Assembly: GCA_964639265.1 (NCBI GenBank)
Contig: CAZXCL010000003.1
Location: forward strand, 733-64,732
Length of the DNA stretch: 64,000 bases
Origin: an uncultured Gammaproteobacteria bacterium
Lineage (GTDB): Bacteria; Pseudomonadota; Gammaproteobacteria; Steroidobacterales; JBCCMA01
Direction: 5' to 3'
Below are positions 8,828 to 16,194 of this stretch, in pieces. Under the pieces are notes generated by a model. It worked only from the letters and a program-made list of their open reading frames with translations, was not told the DNA's origin and ran no database searches. Position 1 is the stretch's first letter. Each line of letters opens with the position of its first letter. A program made the position numbers and the translations under genes.

Positions 8828-10335
8828 GACCGCCGCTCCGCGAAGCGCTTGTAGAGGAAGCCGTTAAGCGCAATGCCGATGATCAGGACCAGGGCCCACT
8901 GCGTGACGACGCTGGCGTTGCTGTAAACATCAAACAGACTCCAGTTGCCGTTCTCGTCAAACCACGGATTCGCGCTGTAGCCACGCGACATCCACCAGAT
9001 CACCAGCACAAGGGCAAGCACGACGTTGAGCGTGGTGCAGGCCGCGAAGTAGCTATCGGGCACTCGGAAATCCGAGTCCTTGTCGATAATGGCGTGCTTG
9101 AACTTCAGCAAGCCTTCCTTGAACGCGGCCAAAAGGAAAAACAGGCCCGACAGAATAAGACCAATGCCCCACACCCAGTCCTGGTTCGAAAAGAAATCCA
9201 GGCTCCAGGCTGACGGGAAACCGAACAGCACGATGAAAACCCCAGCGCGAACCGCGGCGCTGTTACGTGTGAGCCCAAGGTCGCAGAGGTTGCGAATAAA
9301 CAGCTCGACCATGGGCAATAGTGAGCTGAACGCCGCCAGCACAAAGGCAAGAAAGAACACAACGGCCAGATAGTGCCCGCCCGGCAGACTGTCAAACAGG
9401 CGCGGAATGACCGAAAAAGTGAGCGCCTGGTTGCCGCTTTGCAGGTAGGTGATGGCCTGCGCGTCGGTGGCCGCCAGCGCAAACACCGACGGCAGGATCG
9501 CCATCGCCGCCACGATGGACGCCGTGTTGTTACCAAACGCTCCAATAAAGATGTTCAACGTGACATCTTCTCGCGCCCGCGAGTAGGACGAGATGGTCAT
9601 CATCAGTCCCCAGCCAGCGCCGGTGGACCAGGCGGATTGCGATAGCGCTTCAATCCAGATTTTCGGATTACTGAAGTGGGCCGGATCGATGCGGAACAGA
9701 TATTCGAGGCCCTTGATGCCGTTGTCCATATTCAGCGCCACGCCCATGACAATAAACAGCAGCACAAACAGACTCGGGATGAGAATGCGGTTGGCGCGCT
9801 CCAGACCGTTCTGGATGCCGCGCGTCAGCACAAGGATGGCGACCGCTACGACCAGCGCATAGAGCACCACAGTCAGCATGTTGCCGTTGGACGTAGCGTT
9901 CCAGTGCTGGGACAAAAAATCCGGATTCTGGGCGAGTGTATCGCTCAGTGTGGTCGCGCTGCCGGTGGCGGCCCACGCGTTTTTGATTGAGAAGCCCAGG
10001 TATTGCAGCCCCCAGCCGGTCACGACCGAGTAGTAAAAGCAGATACCGAGCGTACACACGGTGATAAAGAAACCGACCCACGTATAGCGCTTGCCCAGCG
10101 TGTTGCCAAACGCGCCAATCACACCCTGTTGGTGCTTTTTGCCAAGCCCGAACTCAATCAAAAGAATCGGGATCGACCAGACCAGCAAAAAAAGAATCCA
10201 CAGCAGCAGAAACGAGCCGCCGTATTCGCCAGCCAGGCGCGGGAAGCGCCACAGATTGCCCGCACCAATGGCCATGCCCAATGACGCGAGGATGATGCCC
10301 CAGCGACTGCTAAAGCGTTCTTGTTGTTGTTGCAT
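8824..10335 (-). CDS. Sodium-dependent transporter, NSS (SNF) family
   Basis: N-terminal signature RWGIILASLGMAIGAGNLWRFP, about 12 hydrophobic segments, 503 aa. Confidence 0.85.
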   Translation of the reverse strand: MQQQQERFSSRWGIILASLGMAIGAGNLWRFPRLAGEYGGSFLLLWILFLLVWSIPILLIEFGLGKKHQQGVIGAFGNTLGKRYTWVGFFITVCTLGICFYYSVVTGWGLQYLGFSIKNAWAATGSATTLSDTLAQNPDFLSQHWNATSNGNMLTVVLYALVVAVAILVLTRGIQNGLERANRILIPSLFVLLFIVMGVALNMDNGIKGLEYLFRIDPAHFSNPKIWIEALSQSAWSTGAGWGLMMTISSYSRAREDVTLNIFIGAFGNNTASIVAAMAILPSVFALAATDAQAITYLQSGNQALTFSVIPRLFDSLPGGHYLAVVFFLAFVLAAFSSLLPMVELFIRNLCDLGLTRNSAAVRAGVFIVLFGFPSAWSLDFFSNQDWVWGIGLILSGLFFLLAAFKEGLLKFKHAIIDKDSDFRVPDSYFAACTTLNVVLALVLVIWWMSRGYSANPWFDENGNWSLFDVYSNASVVTQWALVLIIGIALNGFLYKRFAERRS

Positions 10336-10374
10336 GTGCGCTAGCTTAGCGCAGCCCGGCGGCGAACGGGAAAA

Positions 10375-11736
10375 TCAGCGCTCGCCGTTGAGGTAGCGAT
10401 CCAGCTCAACGTGAAAATGGCGCAGGCGTTGCTCCTGTTCTCCCCACAGCGGTCCATCAAAACCCATCGAGCGCGAGCCTTCCTGGACGACGGGCAAAAG
10501 CTCCGAATCCTGATCAAGCACCAGACCGAGATTGGGTGGCTCGCCCAGCGGCACGTACTCGGTGTCGGGGCGGTCTTCGCCGGTCAGGTCGATGCCCTCG
10601 GGTATGCCCATCCAGGCCGGTGCCTTGTAGTCGGGATCTTCGGCGTGACGGTAGAGCGTCATCGTGTCGTAGTAAAAGCGCTCCGGATCCGTGGCGTGGG
10701 GCATGAAGCGCATCAGGAAAGCTCCCTCCGGATGCAGGCCAATCTGCACGTTCGGGAAAATACCGGTGGCCCAGCTGTCGGTCAGTTGACCGTCGCTCAG
10801 GGCGCTGTAGTCCAGGCCGATGCGCTCGGCGCGGGCGCGTTTGGCATTTTGAATAGCGCGGCGTACGCCGGCCGCATCGCCCACGTAATCGTCGGCCTGC
10901 ATGCCGGCGTCGCCCATCATGAACTTCAGGCCTTCGTTGACGGAATTCTGATCGGGGAATCGCGGGCTGACCTGTGCCAGTGGCACAATCATGCGACTCG
11001 CTCCATAGGGGTAGAGGTCGTACTGCACGTTCAGATCGCCCATGACACCCTGCGTTTCCGGATGCACGGCGTGCAGATGATAGCTCTCATAAAAGGCGTC
11101 AACGCCGGTTTTCCAATTGGCGCCCCATTCGCTAACGACGTGACGCACCACGTTCATCTTGTCCAGATTGTAGGCTTCGAGGTAGCCCTCGGGCAGGCCG
11201 ATACGATCCTTGAGCGGTGCGCAGTTCGGGTCCATGTTGACGAAAATGATGCCGGCAAGCGTTTCGCACCGAATCTCCTTGAGCCCGGGCCGGTGCGCGA
11301 TGACTTCCGGCCGAAACGTCTCCTGATCGGTGATCGTGCCGAGCGATCCGTCCAGGCCGAAGTTCCAGGAATGGAACGAGCAGGTGAAGCTGGCGGCCGA
11401 ACCGCAGGGGTTGTGCACCAGGCGATTGCCGCGGTGCGGGCAGACATTGAAAAACGCCTTTACCGACTGGTCTTCCTGACGCACCACCAGAATCTGTTCG
11501 TGGCGAATGGTGTAGACCAGATAGTCGCCGGCTTCAGGGATGTCGGATTCAACACCGGCGATTTGCCACACTTTGGTCCACAGCTGCGCCCACTCGCGCG
11601 CCATGAAGTCGCGATCAAAATAGCGTTCCTTACTGAAACGCTCGGTGCCGTTGTCGACATAGGGAACCTTCGCTTCCAGCGAGGTATCGGGGGCGTGTGG
11701 GTTGATCACGGCTTGCGCCACGGTGCTTTTGGCCAT
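10375..11736 (-). CDS. Rieske-type aromatic-ring-hydroxylating oxygenase, alpha subunit
   Basis: Rieske 2Fe-2S ligands CPHRGNRLV...CSFHSWNF, then mononuclear-iron region motifs (YESYHLHAVHP). No beta subunit gene is adjacent. Confidence 0.85.
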   Translation of the reverse strand: MAKSTVAQAVINPHAPDTSLEAKVPYVDNGTERFSKERYFDRDFMAREWAQLWTKVWQIAGVESDIPEAGDYLVYTIRHEQILVVRQEDQSVKAFFNVCPHRGNRLVHNPCGSAASFTCSFHSWNFGLDGSLGTITDQETFRPEVIAHRPGLKEIRCETLAGIIFVNMDPNCAPLKDRIGLPEGYLEAYNLDKMNVVRHVVSEWGANWKTGVDAFYESYHLHAVHPETQGVMGDLNVQYDLYPYGASRMIVPLAQVSPRFPDQNSVNEGLKFMMGDAGMQADDYVGDAAGVRRAIQNAKRARAERIGLDYSALSDGQLTDSWATGIFPNVQIGLHPEGAFLMRFMPHATDPERFYYDTMTLYRHAEDPDYKAPAWMGIPEGIDLTGEDRPDTEYVPLGEPPNLGLVLDQDSELLPVVQEGSRSMGFDGPLWGEQEQRLRHFHVELDRYLNGER

Positions 11737-11774
11737 GGACCTCTCCTGTAACGTTGGGTCAGTTTGTTCGATGC

Positions 11775-12671
11775 TTAAGAATAATTGAGCTTGAATTCAT
11801 CGGGAACACCGCCTGGCCAGGTGTCTCCCCACTGGTTGTTGCCGCCGTCCACCGTAATCACTTCGCCGGTGATGAACTTGCCGCTTGGGGCGGTGACGTA
11901 GGCGCAGGCCTGAGCGATGTCGAACACGTCACCGAGTGTGCGCATGGGATTGGAATCGGCGAAGCGATGCGCAGCGCGGCCCGGATAAACGTTGAGTCCT
12001 TCGGTCGAGATGGCGCCGGGGGAAACGCAGTTCACTCGAATGCCAAGCGGTGCCCATTCGGTGGACACCGATTTGGTCAGATAGATCACGCCGGCGCGCG
12101 CGGCGCAGGTGTGGGCAACTTGCGGCATGCCACGCTGCACGTTGGCCACGATGTTGACGATGCTGCCTTGCGTATCGTCATCGCGCCAGCGGCGGGCGGC
12201 CGCCTGCATCATGTACCAGGTGCCGTTCAGATTGGTGTCGATAACGGCGTTCCAGCCTTTCACCGAGTAGTCGAGCGCGTCCTGCGGAAACTGACCGCCG
12301 GCGTTGTTGATCAGGATGTCAGCCTGACCGTGATGTTTCCACACGTGCTCCATCAGCCGCGCCACGTCATCGGGGTCGCGAATGGTCATGGCCATCGCGC
12401 CCACGTTGGCCCCGAGCAAAGACTTCATACGATCGCGGGCCGATTCGACCTTCTCTGCGCTGCGCGAGCAGATCATGACGTTGGCGCCCAGGCGAGCGTA
12501 GAGGTAGGCGATGCCCTTGCCGATGCCTGAGCCGCCGCCGGAAACGATGACCGTTTTGCCGGCAAAAAGATCGTCGCGATAGACGAGCGGGTAGTCGGCG
12601 AGTTCCTCATCGCTCATGCCCCATTCGGGGTCGCCCTCGGGCGTCACAATACTTGTGGCGTGTTTGCTCAT
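11775..12671 (-). CDS. SDR-family oxidoreductase
   Basis: Start at ATG 12671 (MSKHATS). Cofactor motif VIVSGGGSGIGKGIA. It lies 38 nt downstream of the Rieske gene on the same strand. Confidence 0.8.
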   Translation of the reverse strand: MSKHATSIVTPEGDPEWGMSDEELADYPLVYRDDLFAGKTVIVSGGGSGIGKGIAYLYARLGANVMICSRSAEKVESARDRMKSLLGANVGAMAMTIRDPDDVARLMEHVWKHHGQADILINNAGGQFPQDALDYSVKGWNAVIDTNLNGTWYMMQAAARRWRDDDTQGSIVNIVANVQRGMPQVAHTCAARAGVIYLTKSVSTEWAPLGIRVNCVSPGAISTEGLNVYPGRAAHRFADSNPMRTLGDVFDIAQACAYVTAPSGKFITGEVITVDGGNNQWGDTWPGGVPDEFKLNYS

Positions 12672-12758
12672 ATGGCTATTTCCTGACCATGCACGGGCGG
12701 ATTTGCGGGGGCCGCGTAGATTCCAGATTAAAAAGTATAGAGTTCCGGGGCCGTAAAA

Positions 12759-12778
12759 GAAACAGTCAAGATTGTTTT
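12759..12778. promoter_or_regulatory. Palindromic operator candidate, site 1 of 3 (GAAACAGTCAAGATTGTTTT)
   Basis: 17 of 20 matches to the ideal palindrome AAAACAGTCATGACTGTTTT. It sits in the divergent gap between the SDR/Rieske operon (-) and the GST gene (+). Near-identical sites occur at 21336 and 38885. Confidence 0.55.
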
Positions 12779-12831
12779 TTTTAGTCACAAATGCGGTACA
12801 TTATGTTTGATTGCACTGACCAGGTAGAGAC

Positions 12832-13743
12832 ATGAAGTCATTGATTCTGCATCATTTTGATGCATCTCCGTTTGCCGAGAAGATACGGGTGGCGCTGGGC
12901 ATGAAGAACCTGCCGTGGCATTCCGTGCAGATTCCGATGGTGATGCCCAAGCCCGAGTTGATGCCGCTGACCGGTGGCTACCGAAAAACGCCTGTTCTGC
13001 AAATCGGGGCAGAGGTCTACTGTGATACGAGCCTGATTCTCGAGGAGCTCGAGGCCCGTTTTCCAACGCCACCACTCATCGACCAACACAACGTCGGCAC
13101 CGCCGCCGCTCTGGCCCGCTGGTCCGACACGAGTTTTTTTGAGCCCGGCGCGGGTCTGTCGATGGGCCTGAACCAGGGCTTGCCCGACGATATCCTCAGC
13201 GATCGCAAGGACTTCTTCAATTTCATGGATTTCGATCGTCTGAGCGATGATATCCCGCATCTCTACGACCAGTTTCTGGCGCAGGTTGCGCGGGTTGAGG
13301 ATCAATTGTCGGACGGTCGCCTGTTCTGGCGAGGTCTGGACCCGGCGGTTGAGGACATTCTCGCCTACTTCCCAATCTGGATGGCGCGTGCAAACGTACC
13401 GGGGATGGAAGAGCGTCTGGCATCGTTCGCCCGTGTCGGCGCCTGGTCACAGCGCATTGCTGATTTCGGGCATGGCACGCCCAATCCGCTGACGGCCGCG
13501 TCGGCACTAGCGCTGGCCCGAGACGAGGAACCTGAAGCAGGCCACGGAGTTACGGCCACCTGTTCCGAGCTGGCAATGGGCGATGCGGTGACGGTCACCC
13601 CCACCGACTACGGTGCGGTACCCGTGGCTGGCGAGCTTCTCACGCTCAATCACCGCCGTATCACGATTCGTCGTCACAGCGATGAAACTGGGGTACTTAA
13701 CACCCATTTCCCCCGGAGCGGCTATCGTGTCACCCAAAGATGA
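12832..13743 (+). CDS. Glutathione S-transferase-family protein with a C-terminal extension
   Basis: GST N-terminal thioredoxin-like region (HHFDASPFAEKIRVALGMKNLPW...TPVLQIG..YCDTSLILEELE). Confidence 0.7.
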   Translation: MKSLILHHFDASPFAEKIRVALGMKNLPWHSVQIPMVMPKPELMPLTGGYRKTPVLQIGAEVYCDTSLILEELEARFPTPPLIDQHNVGTAAALARWSDTSFFEPGAGLSMGLNQGLPDDILSDRKDFFNFMDFDRLSDDIPHLYDQFLAQVARVEDQLSDGRLFWRGLDPAVEDILAYFPIWMARANVPGMEERLASFARVGAWSQRIADFGHGTPNPLTAASALALARDEEPEAGHGVTATCSELAMGDAVTVTPTDYGAVPVAGELLTLNHRRITIRRHSDETGVLNTHFPRSGYRVTQR

Positions 13744-13766
13744 CACGCAATGTGTTCGTCTTCCCT

Positions 13767-13795
13767 TTATCGTTGGTCTACACTTTTCACATAAT
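13767..13795 (+). promoter_or_regulatory. Possible sigma70-type promoter of the CHAT/MBL/patatin operon
   Basis: TTATCG, 17 nt spacer, CATAAT, in the AT-richer gap upstream of 13867. The -35 is weak. This is pattern matching only. Confidence 0.2.
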
Positions 13796-13866
13796 TTGAC
13801 GATTGTGACAGCGCGCGCATCTTGCGTGAGCGCAGGTGGACAGACCAAACGATAATAAGGATCTGC

Positions 13867-16194
13867 GTGTCCAGAAGGATCAACAGCCGCGGTGCCCGGC
13901 CAAGCGTCGGCTGGCTCTGGCGAAACCTGTTCGGGTTGATCGTGCTGCTGCAGGTGGCTTGCTCATCCCTGAGCCCACCGGATATCCCGGTGCCGGTGCT
14001 GACTGGCACATCACAGCAAGCTGCGCAGGAGACGCTGGCGACGCTGGGCCTTTCCACGCAGATCCTGCCACTCGATGAGTTGGATTTGAAACAGCGGTTT
14101 GGGCCGAGCCGTAGCGCGTGGCCGCCGCCTGACACGGTCGTCACCCAGCAACCGGCCGACGGCAGTCTTGCCGCAGGCTCGGTCGTTGTCCTGCAGGTCG
14201 CACGCTACCGTCGCATTGAGCCGCCAATGATCGTCCCCGTAGTCATTCCCGAAGGAACGATACCCGACGTCAGGGCTCTACCGCTGGATGCTGCGCAGCG
14301 CGCACTGCAGCGGGCGGATTTCGGCGTTCGTCTTCTTTCGGTGGGGCCAGACCAGTTACGTGCGCGCTTTGGCGAACGGCCGGGGCGCTGGCCGGTGCCC
14401 AACTCGGTTGTCGGGCAACGTCCGGCCGGCGGGACGATCGAAGACCTGGGCGAAACCGTGGACATCGACGTTGCCCGCTGGTCGCCGATGGATCTTGCAA
14501 CCGGGGGTGTCGCCGGGAACACGCTGGCCCGGGCCCGCCGTCAGCTTGAGGCGGCGGGCTACAGGGTTGAGGTCATCGAGCGATCGCCCGTCAATGCGCC
14601 AAACGCCAGACACGGCGACGTGCTTGCAACGCAGCTGATTGGCCGCGACAACGGGCGCAATGTCATGCAACTGACCGTCGCCAATGCCAACGGACGCAAC
14701 GTGACGCCGCCCCCGCCGCCAGACACCGACAGCGATGGGGTCCCTGATCCTGATGATGCGTGTCCACAAACTCCGGCGAATACCACGGTCGACGGGCGCG
14801 GCTGTCAGCAGGTGACAACGCCGCTCGACAGCGACGGCGATGGCGTACCCGATGACAGGGATCTGTGTCCGGACTCGCCGCCCGGAAGCTTTGGCGCTCC
14901 ACAGGGCTGCACCTTGACGCAGCGCGTTAATCGTCTGCCGGACGGTCTTTACGCCTTTAATCGCCAGACGGTCATGCAGGTTGGCCGCCCTGAACCCTAT
15001 CGCATCGTGTTGGTGCTCGATCCGCGTGGATCGGCAACCCCCGGTGACATCGAGGCGCAGGTGTTGAGCCAGCTGCCAGATGGTGATCGCCCGCCGTCGC
15101 GCGAGGTGAACGCGTTGAGTGACGAGACGGACGACTGCACTGCGCCGGTGATCTGCTTTCGTGAAAAGTACTACGAGCGCATGCGTGTGGATTTGCGCGT
15201 TGATCAAAAAGGCTGGGAAATCCGGCCGGACAATCCGGTGGCGATACGCGGTGTGGTCAGTGATCAGGTGACGCGCTGGAGCTGGACGGTGGTCCCGGCG
15301 TGCGACGGCGGCGGACTGCTCAACGGCGAGTGTCGCCCGGCGGCTCTGACGCTGGATGCCTATGCCATGTTTGACGACACAAGCTACGGACCGATCATGG
15401 TGTTCAACGAGCAGATCACCGTAGAGGTGTCTGCGGACGAACGCGTGGCGTCATTTTTTGAGCGCAACCGCACGCTGATCTTCGGCACGATTATTTTTGC
15501 CGTGTTGCTGGCGCTGGCGACGTGGTGGCTGGCGCGGCGCCGGCACAACACAGCCCGGCCTTTGCCGGAGTTCGAGGCCGTCAGCGTGCTGTTTATCGGT
15601 GCCAATCCGCGCGGCACCAGCCGCATTCGCCTGGATGAGGAGGTGCGCGGCATTGATCAGTCGATTCGTCTTGGCGAGCGACGCGATGCGTTTACTCTGC
15701 ATCAGCACTGGGCAGCCCGCGTCAGCGATCTCGACGATGCGCTCATGCGCTTTAGACCCAATATCGTTCACATCAGTGCGCACGGCACAGACCGCGGTGA
15801 ACTACTTCTCGAGGGCGGAGAGGGCGACGATGGCAAGGTCAGCGCCGCGCAGCTTGAAAAACTCTTCGCTATTCTTAGTGATGACATTCGCCTCGTTGTG
15901 CTGAACGCGTGTTTCTCCGAAGAGCAGGCGCGCCTGATCGTCAATCACGTGGACTGCGTCGTGGGGATGTCGGATGCGGTCAACGATCAGGTGGCGCAGC
16001 GTTTTGCCGAATCGTTCTACCTCGCGCTGGCCAACGGGCGCAGCGTGCAGATAGCGTTTGAGCTTGCCAGTGCCGAGGTGCAGGGCAAGGGGCAGGACGC
16101 CGTGCCGCGTCTGCTGGCGCTGCGCAGTGATCCCAGGCGTGTGGAGTTTGCACGACGATCGCCGGCACGCCATATCGAAGGAGTGAATATCTGA
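13867..16194 (+). CDS. Transmembrane receptor-like protein: signal/anchor, 3 PASTA-like repeats, TSP3 repeats, a periplasmic domain, a TM helix and a cytoplasmic CHAT (caspase-like) module
   Basis: I prefer GTG 13867, 5 nt after AAGGA, over the track's TTG at 13822. The N-terminus is RNLFGLIVLLQVACSS. PASTA-like units end in TVVTQQPADGSLAAGSVVVLQVA, SVVGQRPAGGTIEDLGETVDIDVA and GDVLATQ..MQLTVA. TSP3 repeats are DTDSDGVPDPDDACP and DSDGDGVPDDRDLCP. The TM helix is LIFGTIIFAVLLALATWWLARRR (about 15474-15542). The CHAT dyad context is NIVHISAHG (His 15781-15783) and LVVLNACFS (Cys 15910-15912). Confidence 0.7.
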   Translation: MSRRINSRGARPSVGWLWRNLFGLIVLLQVACSSLSPPDIPVPVLTGTSQQAAQETLATLGLSTQILPLDELDLKQRFGPSRSAWPPPDTVVTQQPADGSLAAGSVVVLQVARYRRIEPPMIVPVVIPEGTIPDVRALPLDAAQRALQRADFGVRLLSVGPDQLRARFGERPGRWPVPNSVVGQRPAGGTIEDLGETVDIDVARWSPMDLATGGVAGNTLARARRQLEAAGYRVEVIERSPVNAPNARHGDVLATQLIGRDNGRNVMQLTVANANGRNVTPPPPPDTDSDGVPDPDDACPQTPANTTVDGRGCQQVTTPLDSDGDGVPDDRDLCPDSPPGSFGAPQGCTLTQRVNRLPDGLYAFNRQTVMQVGRPEPYRIVLVLDPRGSATPGDIEAQVLSQLPDGDRPPSREVNALSDETDDCTAPVICFREKYYERMRVDLRVDQKGWEIRPDNPVAIRGVVSDQVTRWSWTVVPACDGGGLLNGECRPAALTLDAYAMFDDTSYGPIMVFNEQITVEVSADERVASFFERNRTLIFGTIIFAVLLALATWWLARRRHNTARPLPEFEAVSVLFIGANPRGTSRIRLDEEVRGIDQSIRLGERRDAFTLHQHWAARVSDLDDALMRFRPNIVHISAHGTDRGELLLEGGEGDDGKVSAAQLEKLFAILSDDIRLVVLNACFSEEQARLIVNHVDCVVGMSDAVNDQVAQRFAESFYLALANGRSVQIAFELASAEVQGKGQDAVPRLLALRSDPRRVEFARRSPARHIEGVNI

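Noticed and set aside
8544-8873. 109-aa minus-strand track ORF downstream of the NSS transporter
   Set aside because: It overlaps both the transporter 3' end and the convergent membrane-protein gene and is Arg-rich. The 39-codon frame with ATGA coupling (8708..8827) is the more credible gene here.
10411-11751. 446-aa ORF on the plus strand
   Set aside because: It is antisense to the Rieske oxygenase gene, whose CxH...CxxH ligands identify the true strand.
13822-13866. TTG start proposed by the ORF track for the receptor gene
   Set aside because: No RBS precedes it. GTG 13867 lies 5 nt after AAGGA and still includes the hydrophobic signal/anchor. The 45-nt difference does not affect the domain calls.
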